Numbered from the stretch's first letter, positions 1 to 13,148 are shown. The stretch is DNA of 64,000 bases from Haliotis rubra (GCF_003918875.1 NW_025767644.1:186001-250000); one strand, 5' to 3'. A program made the numbers and translations. The notes: generated by a model not told the origin, from the sequence alone.

Positions 1-79
1 TTTCATGGTCATGCACAGAGAAGGAAACAATATTTGGTTACTGGATGTCTTGCATAGATGCAAGTGGCCAACTACCACT

Positions 80-985
80 GAGAGTCACATACACCCTCAT
101 GAGCCTCATTCAATACACATACACTCACGCCAGACACAAATACACACACATCCGAGCCCCACCCAATACACGCATACATACACCTGAGCCCCACTCAATA
201 CACATATACACCCACCTCAGCCCCATCCAATACACACATGAACTCACGCCAAACACACATACACACACATCCGAGCCCCACCCAATACACGCATACATAC
301 ACCTGAGCCCCACTCAATACACATATACACCCACCTGAGCCACATCCAATACACACATGCACTCACGCCTTACACACATACATACACACTTCAGCCCCAC
401 CCAATACACATAAACACATATCCCAACTCTATCCAATACACATATAGATACATCCGAGCCCCACCCAATACCCGCATACATTCAGTTGAACCCCACTAAA
501 TACGCATACAGCCACCCGATCCCCAACCAATACACGCATACACCCACCCGAGCCCCAACCAATATACGCATACACGCACCCGAGTCCCAACTAATATACA
601 CATACACCCACCCGAGCCCCAATCAACACACGCATACACCCACCCGAGCCCCAACCAATATACGCATACACCAACCCGTGCCCCAACCAATATACGCATA
701 CATCCACCCGAGCCCCAACTAATATACGCATACATACACCCGAGCCCCAACTAATATACACATACATACACCCGAGCCCCAAACACCCACCCGAGCCCCA
801 ACTTAAACATGCATACACCCACCCGACCCCAACTAATACATGCGCACACCCAACCAATACACACATTCAGTCACCCGAGCCCCAACCAGTACACGCATTC
901 AGGCACCCGAGCCCCAACTAATACACACATACATTCACGCACACATGAGCCCGACACAATCACACACGCGCACTCACGCACACGC
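80..985. repeat. ~30-bp minisatellite (consensus ~CACCCGAGCCCCAACCAATATACGCATACA), degenerate, with ~120-bp higher-order period in the 5' part
   Basis: Recurrent 'cccgagccccaac/ccaatacacgcatac' every ~30 bp; the overlapping His/Thr/Pro-rich ORFs are repeat translations. Confidence 0.95.
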
Positions 986-1764
986 GCTATTTTATTGCAA
1001 CTACATGACTCTTCCGTATTTTCCTCAATTGACAATCCCAGCCTCGTAAAATGTAATACATATTGTTTAATTTCGAAGGGGTTCTAGTGTTTCTGGCGTG
1101 ATCGTGGAAAACGATCCCGGCTCGAGAATATTCAACAATGATAAATAACATAAATGTCAACTCCTCGCATGAGGATAATGTTCCGTGATGCTGCTCCCTC
1201 GGTTCCAGTAATTTGCAATATCTGGCCTTCTGTAAAAACCACTCCAGCAGGGAATTAATAACAGGACCTTTCAAACGGTTTTAGGAAATGAAAGGGCAAA
1301 AAACACCCATACCCAGCGGGTGCTTAGATAAACACTTTGGTTTTATTGCAGAGTCTGCTTCAGAACTCTTTATGTACTTATTATAATGTAACGACTTTAA
1401 TTCGCCATTTGGAGGTATTATTCATGAACTATGCATGTAACGACAGAGAAGAATGCTAAACGTGCACACAATAAATGATCGACTGCACAATGTTGCGCTT
1501 AATTTGTCGGATAAATCGTCGCACTACAGACACGTGGAATAATTTTCCATGAGTGTTACGTTCTGTATGGTACCGAACGATTATTATTTTCCCGACTGGC
1601 GACTGTAAGTATAACTTCATGAAATGGCGATAACTATAATCTCCACAGTAAGAACATTCTCCAATACAAAAGTTAATATCACTAGCCATGTTGACAACAC
1701 AACGTTATACCTACACCTCCCCGGCAGTCGAGTTGTTTCTGATGCCAATCTTTTACTTTCCCCT

Positions 1765-2590
1765 TTTCCGATATTGAGTCACTGCCAACACTGAGCGTTA
1801 CATTCCCCGCTGTCGACACTGAGTGTTACTGTTCCCCAACTGTCGATATTGAGTGTTACTTTCCCCGCTGTCGACACTGAGTGTTACTGTTGCCCCACTG
1901 TCGATATTGAGTGTTACATTCCCCGCTGTCGACACTGAGTGTTACTGTTGCCCCACTGTCGATACTGAGTGTTATTTTCCCAAATGTCGACACTGAGTGT
2001 TACTGTTGCCCCACTGTCGATATTGAGTGTTACTTTCCCAAATGTCGACACTGAGTGTTACTGTTGCCCCACTGTCGATATTGAGTGTTACTTTCCCCGC
2101 TGTCGACACTGAGTGTTACTGTTGCCCCACTGTCGATACTGAGTGTTACATTCCCAAATGTCGACACTGAGTGTTACTGTTCCCCAACTGTCGATACTGA
2201 GTGTTACTTTTCCTGCTGTAGACACTGACTGTTACTGTTGTCCCACTGTCGATACTTAGTGTTACTTTCCCCGCTGTCGACGCTGAGTGTTACTGTTGCC
2301 CCACTGTCGATACTGAGTGTTACATTCCCCGCTGTCGACACTGAGTGTTACTGTTCCCCCACTGTCGATATTGAGTGTTACTTTCCCCGCTGTCGACACT
2401 GAGTGTTACTGTTGCCCCACTGTCGACACTGAGTGTTACTGTTGCCCCACTGTCGATACTGATTGTTACTTTCCCGGTTGTCGACACTGAGTGTTACTGT
2501 TGCCCCACTGTCGATAATGAGTGTTACTTTCCCCGCTGTCGACACTGAGTGTTACTTTCCCAGCTGTCGACTCCGAGTGTCACTTTCCGC
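1765..2590. repeat. 58-bp dimeric minisatellite (alternating 30-bp and 28-bp subunits)
   Basis: TGTCGACACTGAGTGTTACTGTTGCCCCAC (e.g. 1811) alternates with TGTCGATATTGAGTGTTACTTTCCCCGC (1841); next unit at 1869. Confidence 0.95.
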
Positions 2591-2810
2591 GGCGTCCGTG
2601 TCAGTAAAATAGCCATGGCACGTCGTCATCGTATTAGTGGGACGGCGTGGCAGTGTCATATCTGTAGGGCATCTTGTCAGTGTCATACTCGTTGCGTTGC
2701 GTGGCGTAGCGTGGCATGAATATCCACGAAGTCTAGGTACATTGCAATTGGTCGCATCGGGGTTTTCTGCATCCAGCATCAACTTGACTGGTCGCGATAC
2801 TACTCAAATA
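2552..2810 (-). other. Candidate exon / small ORF (75 aa, MLDAENPDAT...SRQLGK*), unverified
   Basis: GC/CpG-rich island in AT-rich context; minus-strand acceptor ttttgtaattgtcgcAG ending at 2811; ATG at 2779; possible upstream donor AA|GTAAGA at 3290; no recognisable homology. Confidence 0.25.
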
Positions 2811-3378
2811 CTGCGACAATTACAAAAATTAATATTTGAAATAACCATTCATCTTATTTCCTACACATGTAATGTTGTTTGTATCCGACATCCAGTAATT
2901 GACAACTCGATATTTTTTACAACGTCTGTTGCACCTAAAAAACATATTTACAAAAACATATTGTATGCTTTGCACATTTACTAACATTCATAACACCATC
3001 AGTATTTATATTTTAATATACTCCTTTTATACTCTCAAATACATTAAGAACTTACAATTGCAACATAGGTGGATGAAACCCTAAATGGCAGACTAAGAAA
3101 GAAATATATTGGCTTGAATAATATGTTTCTTGATATGTTTATACTTCATGTTTGTATAAAATAGGTAAGACACTTCATGGATGACAACTTCTTTATACTA
3201 GTATTATATTATCATATTATTATACACTGTTACTTGACAACAGTATAAGAATCTATACCCAAACGTCGCGTCATCCATAAAGTATCTTACTTTTCTTGCT
3301 GCTCACAAACTTACGAAATAATAGTCAAACATTTTTCCATGTACTAACTAAAGTAACACCGAACTCCGCCCAAATATA

Positions 3379-3763
3379 TAGGGCTGCGCAATATAACCGG
3401 TTTATTTACCGGTTCAGACATGAAAACGATACGTACTGCGATACGCTGATCGAAAACCGGTATTTTGACATGCATTCGGAAAACTTCGGATATTTCCGCT
3501 TTTAAAATTGTTCTTTTCCTTGTTTCATTAGTGCCAAATGTTACTTACATTTTTATTTTGTCATGATTAAAAGTTTTTATTAAAGGTTAATCAATCATAG
3601 TGATTTTGTTGTGTTTTTGCTTTATAATCAAGCATTAACTCGATTATAAGTAGTTTTTGTTCAAATACATAATTCTTGCAATATATTGCAATACATATCG
3701 CAATATATGCTTTCGCATCGCAATATATCGCAATATGAAAATTCTCTGCAATACCCACCTCTA
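3379..3763. mobile_element. Non-autonomous hAT-type MITE
   Basis: Perfect 8-bp TSD CAAATATA (3371-3378 and 3764-3771); termini TAGGGCTGCG / revcomp TAGAGGTGGG; subterminal CGATAC/GCAATA repeats. Confidence 0.85.
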
Positions 3764-4149
3764 CAAATATATTACTTTTATCTTTCAGTTTCAGTAAACA
3801 GCATATGTACTATTAGATGCACTTTTCTCACTCTACTGCTTTAAATAGAAGCGGCGAAACTCTTTCTATGCCACAAGTAACCGCGGTTAAAAGCAGAGAG
3901 GATTCAACGATTCTGGCTGTATCACGAGCATGTGTTTATGAATCACCATCAAATAGTGATGATACCAGCTATTTGTGAAAGGATGAACCATAGCTGTATA
4001 TATCAAGTTCTATCCTATAATCTACAGAAGTAGTCGGTTTATCTATTTTCTTCGAACGCGCTATTTCTACTGCGGCTTAATTATAACATAGAATGTATTA
4101 TCACAAGAATTAGATACGTCTGATCTTGACGTCGTTTGGCATTTTCCTC

Positions 4150-4751
4150 TTGCAGATTATCAACTGTGTTCCCTCCCCCCGCCCCTCCCCACGCAGAGAA
4201 TGGACTCTTCCTCTTATTCACTGACGGCAATATCTACAGAAGTCTGTCCGAAATGTGGCTAGCGCCCGACGCTGACGCGCGACAGTCTCAGTGCCCAAAC
4301 ACGCGGGTTTGGCCGAGGCTTCTCTCAAGCCGCCACAGATTGATTCCCCAAGAACGGTCTACGATCATTGTTGCAGAAAGCGACGAGAGAGATAGGAAGC
4401 GGGGACAGCCCACTGTCACGCTGTAAAAAGTAACAAAGAGTGTTTTCAGAATCATTAGCTGATCATATAAATCACGCTGTTTACTCCTTTGAAAAACTTT
4501 CACATATAAAAGGCCACGTCCTTTTTTTCAGGACCCGTGTAAGTGTATTAATTCACCGGACACGAGGACTATATCTTGTAACAAATTAAAGGTTTCTGGC
4601 AGTTATGCGAGATTCTGGGGAAGTATAGGATTCGATAGCACTGAGCAGAAGATCAGGACTTCTTTTGTGAACTTGTGATGATCATCTAGCGCCATGCGGG
4701 ACTGGTGCCTGAGCGGGTTTACTTACTTAGCACTGATTTCTCTAGGTAAGT
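4150..4751 (+). promoter_or_regulatory. Candidate promoter plus non-coding first exon
   Basis: CpG-rich stretch with GC-box-like CCCCGCCCC (~4177) and a consensus donor AG|GTAAGT at 4746 followed by T-rich sequence. Confidence 0.3.
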
Positions 4752-5049
4752 AGCGGTTTGTTCTCTTGTTTGTTTTCTAAGATCTTTTTATTGATGTGAT
4801 GCACGCTGGGTTTCCCATCGCTTTTACCAGTATTGCAGCAATATCACGAAGGTGGGGTTTAGGGGTGCTTCAAGAAGGTGCTTCACGCGTGTATGAAGCA
4901 AACCCATCGGTTGACTCCTTTCACCACCTGGTTACCCACCCGCCCTTTTCAGTAATATTGAATTGTTCCATGAACTTTTTGTGCATATACTGTAAACGTG
5001 TATGATTTATCAGCACTTAGGATGATAAATCAGTACTTTTCTTTGTATA

Positions 5050-5276
5050 TTGTTTTATTCCGCATTCAGCAATATCCAAGCTATATGACAGACATTTGCA
5101 AATAATCGAGTCAGAACCAGACAATCCATGGATTACCATCATGAACATCGATCTATTTGGATACAATGACATGTGTCAACCAAGTTAGCACGCCTGACTC
5201 CGGATCACGTTAGTCGCCTCTTACACCACAAGCATGGGTTGCTGAAGACCAATTCTTACTCGGACCTTCACCGGTC
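5050..5276 (-). mobile_element. SINE family B copy (degenerate)
   Basis: Matches gttagtcgcctcttac / gttgctgaagacc motifs of the full-length copies. Confidence 0.85.
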
Positions 5277-6617
5277 GATATCAGTACTGGATAACGGATG
5301 TTGGGGTCACAGTTGGTTATCGTATATTCTCAACAATCTTTAAAGTTAGTAATAATGTTGGCAATGTTAAAATAAGGTTTAACGTTGCGATTTAAATTAT
5401 TTCAGAATATACAGGGACGTGTCTGCATTGATCTGTGGCTGTTGTGTTGACAGCTTAAGAATATGGCTACCCCACAGCCCAAAATCTATTTTTAAAGTAT
5501 TTAGTTAAATACAAATTTGACTCCAGCTCTAAGATATGTAATATATATTCAATGCTTCCATATATCTTTAATTTTACCATACATTTCTGCACACGAAAAA
5601 TCGTAACTTAATCAGGTATCAGCCCAAGGGCATATCCTCCATACGTTCAAACCGGAATCAAATGTAATTTCCCGATGCATAAGAAGCAGTTCACATGATC
5701 TTTTTTGGAAACCAAACTATGTGTGATACATATATGGTAAGATATTGAACATATGCATTTGGATGTATTATTAAAATACATCATAACGACAAAATGACTT
5801 TATTGCCATTGAAGTTATTATACGATAATATGCAAATGTCTGGTGTTTTTAACTGTCTCTCACTAGCACGTGCAATTTCAAGGCAATTTCATTGGCAGAA
5901 CAATACCGTGTCGTCAGTAATCGCACCACAGCGAAAGAAATAAAGAGAAAACAGGACATTAAGTTAACAAAAGCTCTCCGAAATGTTCGCATTTCTAAAG
6001 TTCCGAATATATGTTGGATATTGGGATATTTGTGACTGTATATTAATAATAATAATTTGACATATATAAAGTTGCATCTGGTACCTGGTATAACCCTTTT
6101 CGGAAATGATTATTGTATGTATGTTCTAGGGAAATATCCGACAATGTTTGCCAGCCTACAAATTTAATATCAAGAGATGTCAGTGCTCCGTCCTGTGAAT
6201 TTGCATTTGCAAGTTCCAGGGTGTATGTTAAAATGGCATACAAGATGTCCGCTCCGCCGGAATGTTTTCCAGAACTAAATATAGGAACAGTCAAGGCTCA
6301 CAGACAGAACCATTTTAGATGTATTAGTTAGTATGTGGTTCAGTAGATGATGATATTGAGGTGACGTCCATCTTAGACCACTGCTGGGGACATCAATCAT
6401 TCCACGAGGTCGACAGAGGCCCAAGGGCGATGGCTCTGTGTAATATTCACAGTCCAATTCCGCGTAATTACTTCTGTGGGATACAGGTTCTTCCGTACTG
6501 CTACACATGCATGGTCCGCCAAGGTGATACTGAATTCTAGAATTGCGTTTTGAGAAACATTTAAGTTGCGTGGACGAAAGTTTGTTAGTTTGTTTTTAAA
6601 AAAAGGGCATATGACTG

Positions 6618-6787
6618 CATCTTCAGCTGAACGAATTTCTAGTTCTCCATACAACCCTTCTCTTCAACCAAACTCCAACCTCACCAAAGTTATTTTTTGT
6701 TTAAACATGTGGCTTAACATCCTCAGCTGAAACAATTTCTAGTTCCCCATACAAACCCTTCCCTTCAACCAAACTCCCACCTCACCA
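6618..6787. repeat. Local ~70-bp direct duplication (~100-bp period)
   Basis: catc(t/c)tcagctgaa..atttctagttc(t/c)ccatac..cttcaaccaaactcc at ~6618 and ~6718. Confidence 0.85.
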
Positions 6788-6799
6788 CTCACGAATGCC

Positions 6800-6955
6800 A
6801 AAAGGTTAGCTTAATGGTTAAATTATTCGCCTTTCAATTCAAAGACCCGGAATCGATATCCCACGTAGGTACAATGTTTTGACCTATTTCTGGTGCCCCC
6901 CAGTGATATTACTGGAATACTACTAACAGCGAGGTAAACCTATACCTACCCACTA
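6800..6955 (+). mobile_element. SINE family A copy (old, degenerate)
   Basis: ttagcttaatggttaaa...aagacccgg...tttctggtgccccc...gatattactggaatac. Confidence 0.75.
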
Positions 6956-7404
6956 AAAATAGCAGATAGTTGGTACCTTGTAATATAAAACAAGTGATAC
7001 TAGTTATCATATATAATCATGGGAAATATATCACTTCTTTTTAACTTGCTCTGAGTGTGCGTTGACAGATGTCATTGTTATTCACACCCAGTGGAATCGG
7101 GTTCGGTAAGACTGGTGTTACTCTCTGGCGCTGATGATCTAATTGAACATTCATACCCTTGTTTTAAATTGAGTAAGGAATTTTTGCTACTTTATATGGT
7201 AAAAGCTCGCTCGGCATTCTTACCACATGTATCATCGTACAAGGTCATAAAACACATAACTGTAGCGTCTGTATACTAACGTCCTGTGTTACACTGCAGA
7301 ATAAAATATCCATATATACTCTGTGGCTGTGATACTAACTCATCAAATACTTCTTGAAAGATGATACTTTGCAATAGCTTGGATCTTTACAATACTTCAC
7401 CAAA

Positions 7405-7520
7405 GAACGAACCCGGGTTCGATACCATGGGTACAATGTGTGAAGCCCATTTCTGGTGTCCCCCGCCTTGATATTGCTGGAAAATTGCTAAAAGCGGCGT
7501 AAAACTAAACTCACTCACCC
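7405..7520 (+). mobile_element. SINE family A copy (5'-truncated)
   Basis: acccgggttcga...tgaagcccatttctggtgtcccccgcc...aaactcactcac. Confidence 0.9.
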
Positions 7521-7919
7521 CTTTATACTTTAAAGCTGAGACAATATACTTCGATCCTATGGAATAGATAGTAACAGAACCAAAATAACGATCCTGGTGA
7601 ATTGACTTAAACCTCCTTACTGACTGATCTGTCTTCTTACGATGTTAACGTAGAAACACGTGTCAAGATGGATCACTGAAGTCTGATGCGAGTTTCTACA
7701 ATTATCGCGAAAAAGGCATGTGAATGCGCAAGGTTAAAGAAAACAGATATTATTAATTCTAAGAAATCAAAACCCTTCAGAGCCTGTTACTTCCATGTTC
7801 GGTCTAATTAAACAGACCAGTGTAGTTGAAGTCTGTATCAAAAGGACAACAGTCACTCTGTGGATAGAACTGGCCCTTACGAACTACGCTTGTCGTACGA
7901 AACAACACAGTATTTTGTT

Positions 7920-8160
7920 TCTTTGTTGTTTCAACGCCACATTAATATTATTACTGCTACATTGCAGCGATCTGTAAATCATCTAGTCTGGTCCATTCAA
8001 TGTAGTGACTGACATCATGAGCATCGATCTGCGCAACTGGGATACAATGACATGCCTCTACCAAGTCAGCCAGCCTGACCACCCGATCCCGTTAGTCGCC
8101 TCTTATGACAAGCATGGGCTGCTGAGGATCACTTCCAACCCGAATCTTCACTTCACGGGC
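7920..8160 (-). mobile_element. SINE family B copy
   Basis: catgagcatcgatctgcgcaa...cccgatcccgttagtcgcctctta. Confidence 0.9.
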
Positions 8161-8879
8161 AAGCAACACAGTGGACTTGGTTCTCGGCCTGAGAAAATGC
8201 TATTTAATTTAGTTACAGGTTAACAGGTCCAGACTAAACTGCTTCACACATTTTACCCATGTGGGGTATCGAACCTGGGCCTTCGGCGTGACGAGAGAAC
8301 GCTTTGGCCACCGCCCCTATCTTGACAATAACGTTTAAAGATGACCAACTACATGTATATGAAAAACTCAACTCACGGGTTTCAAAGGAAAGCAATGTTA
8401 CAGATTGAACATAATTGAATTAGAATATTGATCCGCCTGCGCAATATTGGTATAACGCTTCCACACTCTGCAGTGGTCTGGTAATATCATCACATTGTTT
8501 GAAGTGACTCCTGTCTCATTAGAACATTATCCGTCCCCTCATGATGAGTACCTACATACCACCACAACAAGGTGTAAAACAACACTTCTCTTCCACCCTA
8601 CAGGGGTTTCACTGGAAACTAATGAGTTTCGAAATAGCACCGTGTGCCCAGAAATACGCAACGGGACTATCGGCTTGTTCTTGTGATACCATTGTTGTGC
8701 TGTGATGCAACTGTTACTGGGCCACAAATGAGACAATCTGTCAGGCAATACGGAAGTGATATGAAGTCTTTTTCAACGTTAAAACATATGTTGTACCAGT
8801 TTTAATAAGGTGAGGAAGCATGTGGGTGAGTTGACGTTGCGTCCATCAATTGCTGATGCGTTCATGCATCTTTTGCTGT

Positions 8880-8939
8880 TTGTCTGTGAGTGTGTGAGTA
8901 TGTGTGTGTGCGAGTGTTTTTGTGTGTGTCTCTGCGTGC

Positions 8940-8987
<48 letters not shown>

Positions 8988-9010
8988 TGTGTGTGTGTGA
9001 GTGTGCGCGT
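8880..9010. repeat. (TG)n microsatellite
   Basis: Pure (TG)n at 8947-8985 with degenerate flanks. Confidence 0.97.
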
Positions 9011-10624
9011 ACATACGCCGGTTTTATAGCGAAAAACGGAGATACCATGCCGCAGCTTAACATGTATACCGCACTCAGATTCAGCATACTGACTACGTCA
9101 ACCAGTCCTAGTTTCATCCCCTTAATGCTGAGCAGGTTATCAACAAGAACCATGCTTTAACGTCTTCTGATATAACGTGGCCCAGAGATAGCAAATAAAG
9201 GTACGTATGTGTGCATGCGTGCGTACCTGCGTGGGTTGGTGCTTGCGCGCGCGCGTGTATATATGTCTGAGGGCTGGTACAGACTGGTAATATTGTGCTA
9301 GCTAACTGGCGTACACAGTATACACCACAGTATATCTCCTTAATGTTAAGGCATGGTAACTACTTGTGCTGTCTTAGAAAAACTTTTAGTGGTACCACAA
9401 CCGGAATCTGAACACCATCCTTCACATCTCCAGGCAGTCTCCATCAACTGAACCAGTCCACGACCAAAGTAATTGGTCACCGCACTTGAGGCAAGACACT
9501 AAGTTTAATGCCAGTTTGAATAGTATTTCACGTGTCTTCTTAATGTGTTGGTTGACTCCACAGTCTTGACCATTTGCACCATTTACATCTGTAGATAATT
9601 CCTTCTGGACCAGACAAATCAGTGGGTCATCAGCATGATCAAAATACCACTGTCGTAGTAGACGCAATGCAATGAGCAACTGTGGTCGGCCGTGGATTCC
9701 CATTATAGTGCGCTCTTACACTTAGCCTTAGCGGCTATGAACATATTTGTACGCGGAATCCCATAAAGGGTTGTGAGAGGAAACCCCAAAGTAACGCAGG
9801 TCATATCAACTGTTTCCTCTTTGGTGAGAATAAATCAAGGGCCCTTGACAATCCTGAAAATACGCTAAACCACCATACATCACATAGACACTGTTGGCTG
9901 TTGTGACAAGAAAGCACAGTAACAGTGCTTGGACTGTTGTCATTTATCTATGCATAGAGACAAACAATAACAAATCCTCACAAGACTTTATAAGACTGAT
10001 GACTTCATTTTGAAACGTGTGTATTACCTACCATCAGCAGAATTTCTGCTTTTGGACAATTCGGACATAATTCAAAAGAATAGTACCTGGTATATTCTTA
10101 CTGGGTTATGCGGCCATCAGGAAAATAATGGCCAAATGAGGATTCAATACGCTGGGTTAATGTTACAGTGGCATCACCCCATTCTCCATACCCCGATAGT
10201 TTGATCCTGACCTGGTTCCTCAGGAACGACGCGCCGTGCAAAATGTTATTCCCAGATAACTGGTAAACTCTGATGTGTCAAACTCGTTCCTTATGCCATT
10301 TAGTATGATGTATTTTCTGTGGTATTCAAGGCTGGAACTGCCCTTTTGTAAGACGCCCTATTATGGTTATTTTTGAAATACAAATGACTCTTTTGAATGC
10401 AAACCTTTGGGAACATGATCTCACAACCTTTACCGTTCTATGCATGCGATTTATCCTGACGCAATTGCACATTGTAGGCGTCATACCAAAAGGTTGCTGT
10501 GACATTTAGAGATGGAATAATGCAGAAGGAAAATTCTGAATCTTACCTTGATCTATGCGACGCAGCCCCAAAAGGTTTTCTTTGTGGGATGGTTTGGAAG
10601 TAGATAACACTATTCTTGAATGTT

Positions 10625-11090
10625 AACATATATAACGATAGCAATATCAAGCCTTATACCAACACATGTCCATACTAATAACAAGCCTCATATCAGCGGA
10701 TAACAATATCAATATCAAACCTTATATCAATATCACGTCTTATATCAACTTCTAATGACACCACTACCAAGCCTTGTATCAACGGATAATGACATCAATA
10801 TGGAGTCTTATATCAATATATAACGATACTACTATCAAACCTTCTATCAATGTATATCGATACCAATATCAAAGCTTATTTCAACGGATGACGGCACCAC
10901 TATCAAGCCTTGTATCAATATACAACGATGCCACTCTCAAGCCTTGTATCAATATATAACGATACCACTATCAAACCTTTGTATCAATATATAACAATAC
11001 CAATATCTATTCTTATTTCAAAGGGGAACGCTACCAATACCAAGCTATATACATATTTCAATGGATAACGACAACAATTATACCAAGCCC
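10625..11090. repeat. Degenerate ~34-bp minisatellite (AACGATACCACTATCAAGCCTTGTATCAATATAT)
   Basis: Repeated tcaagccttgtatcaa / aacgatac motifs. Confidence 0.85.
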
Positions 11091-12095
11091 GGTAGTATCC
11101 GAGCATCCAGTGCTTGACCCACTACACGGTTTGGTAGTCACACTATTTCCTGTTATGACCATATACGCTCATCGGTATTCACTCAAACGGTACAAAATAC
11201 ACTTGAAACGTAAGGCATGTAACTAAAGTAATTCCACCACTGAAGGCATTCGGTATCTCTCCTGAGTGTGAAAACGTAATCACGACTCGTTAGGTTGGAA
11301 CATGTAAACAGCATTATCACAATCCCTCGCCACGAGGCACATGGAACCTTCTGTTGATTCCATAAAAGGGTTTTGGTTCACCTTCGTGCCGATTTTCTAA
11401 AAGCATGAACTGCAAACAGGATACAAAAGCATAAAAAAGGGAGAGCAACTTTAAAATAAAACGAAGTTACGACATCGATTTTGTAACACAAGTATCGCTT
11501 AGATAAGCAAACCAAGTCTCACGCCTGTAACCCCAGCAGTTCCCGAGAAAGCTATTTCAGATGCTATGTACTCTGTAAAATAACATTTACAAAGGGTTGT
11601 AACTTTGGTAAAAAAGAAAATTAAAGCACCATTAATTTAGCACCGTCTTTTATAAACATGCAAATATGCAAACGTTCATCTAGTTTCCCCAGAAGCTTGT
11701 CTCCATTTAAGAAATGAAATGATAACATACCAAGGGACGTCACAATGAATACAATTAAAAGGATCAAGGATTTTCTGGATCACAAAATCCTGAAGCTAAT
11801 GAATTAGATTTTCGAACAAGTCATTACGATTTTGAATTAATTCTTTTATCACAATCAGTCTCAATAGGTTATGAACAATTGCCGAATGCCGGCATTACTG
11901 GCTGACACATGTACAAATTGAGACCATCTGTAAAATCTGATAATGGCTTCTCTGTCGTGAATGACCTGATGCGGTCATTCTGACATGTACCCTGTGGACT
12001 AAATACCTACAGGTCTAACTTTGATAGGGCTCTTCTAAATTTGGCAATTGGAGCAGTAATTCATGTCTGATATATGAAACTGTTTGCTTAAGTTT

Positions 12096-12272
12096 CATAA
12101 CCACCATCACCATCATCAACATCATCATCATGAACATCATCACCACCACCACCACAGCCACCATCATCATAATCCCCACCGCCATCACCACAGCCAACAT
12201 CATCAACAATATCATCACCACCACCACAGGCACCATCGCCATCATCATCATCACCACCAGCGTCACCAACAT
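12096..12272. repeat. Compound (CAT/CAC)n trinucleotide microsatellite
   Basis: Run of CAT/CAC/CAA triplets; gives spurious poly-His and poly-Met/Val ORFs. Confidence 0.95.
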
Positions 12273-12639
12273 GAACAAACCTGCCCTCATTTCACACTGT
12301 ATGCACTAAACTGACAAGAGGCGAGCAAGTGCCCATAATCTGTTAAACAATTTCAAGACAAGAATTGTCCAACTCGTTTCATATCGTGACCAGTAACATC
12401 AGTGAGTAAAATTTCATATCTCTAAAATACATCATCTGTGCAATATCTTCGAAACTTATTCGCGTATCCGCGGGATAGAAAGATATCTAATGCTTCAAAT
12501 TGTTACTTTCCAATAGTCATGTGAACGACGACAATGTTACAAAAAATGTATGTAACGGGATAAACGTTGTTCGCTTAAAGCAAGTAAACAGGAAGTTTGT
12601 ATATGATGAAGTAATTACATTTATGAAAAAACATATTCT

Positions 12640-12898
12640 TATTACCCTTGTATGGTGATCTACCTTCAGCTGTTGGTGATCTATAGCCTGTTCATATTGT
12701 CCTAATAGTGCTGTTAGTTTCAACTTTCCACACTAGTTTTAATTCTAATTGTGATATTCTAGTTGTTTAACTGTCCTTCGTTGACAGTTATTTTTACAAT
12801 TTCCCATTAATTACTATGCATAAAATTAATTGTTTTCGTCACGATATGGCCGATATATTGCCGATGTGACGATAAATTTTAACTCACTCACTCACTCA
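12640..12898 (+). mobile_element. Retroposon family C (3' part), sharing the tail stem-loop and (ACTC)n with SINE A/B
   Basis: Homologous in reverse to 18719-19020 (gtatggtgat..accttcag; ctagttttaattc; gtcacgatatggc); tail aactcactcactcactc. Confidence 0.75.
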
Positions 12899-12989
12899 TA
12901 TATTCCTATTCCTATTCACAATGATTAAATGTAACTAGAGATGCATTAGGGTCTGCCAGTTCATTGCGCAATATCCACAAGTACTTAAG

Positions 12990-13148
12990 AGTGAGATGAG
13001 TATGATTTTAGGCCGCTTTTAGCAATATTCCAGCAATATCACGGCGGGGGACACCAGAAATGGGCTTCACACATTGTATCCATGTGGGGAATCGAACCCG
13101 GGTCTTTAGCGTGACGTGTGAATGATTTAACCACTCGGCTACCCGACC
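12990..13148 (-). mobile_element. SINE family A copy
   Basis: gcttttagcaatattccagcaatatcacggcgggggacaccagaaatgggcttcacac...gaatcgaacccgggtc. Confidence 0.93.

Noticed and set aside
1765-2590. CRISPR-like regular repeats (also 47855-48430, 49178-49900)
   Set aside because: No unique spacers, no cas genes, eukaryotic context
9990-10030. CTGATGA..GAAAC hammerhead-like core (also minus strand near 38405-38437)
   Set aside because: Stems I and II cannot be formed convincingly; likely chance matches
12015-12314. Poly-His ORF (+) and hydrophobic Met/Val ORF (-)
   Set aside because: Both are translations of a (CAY)n microsatellite; no splice or homology support
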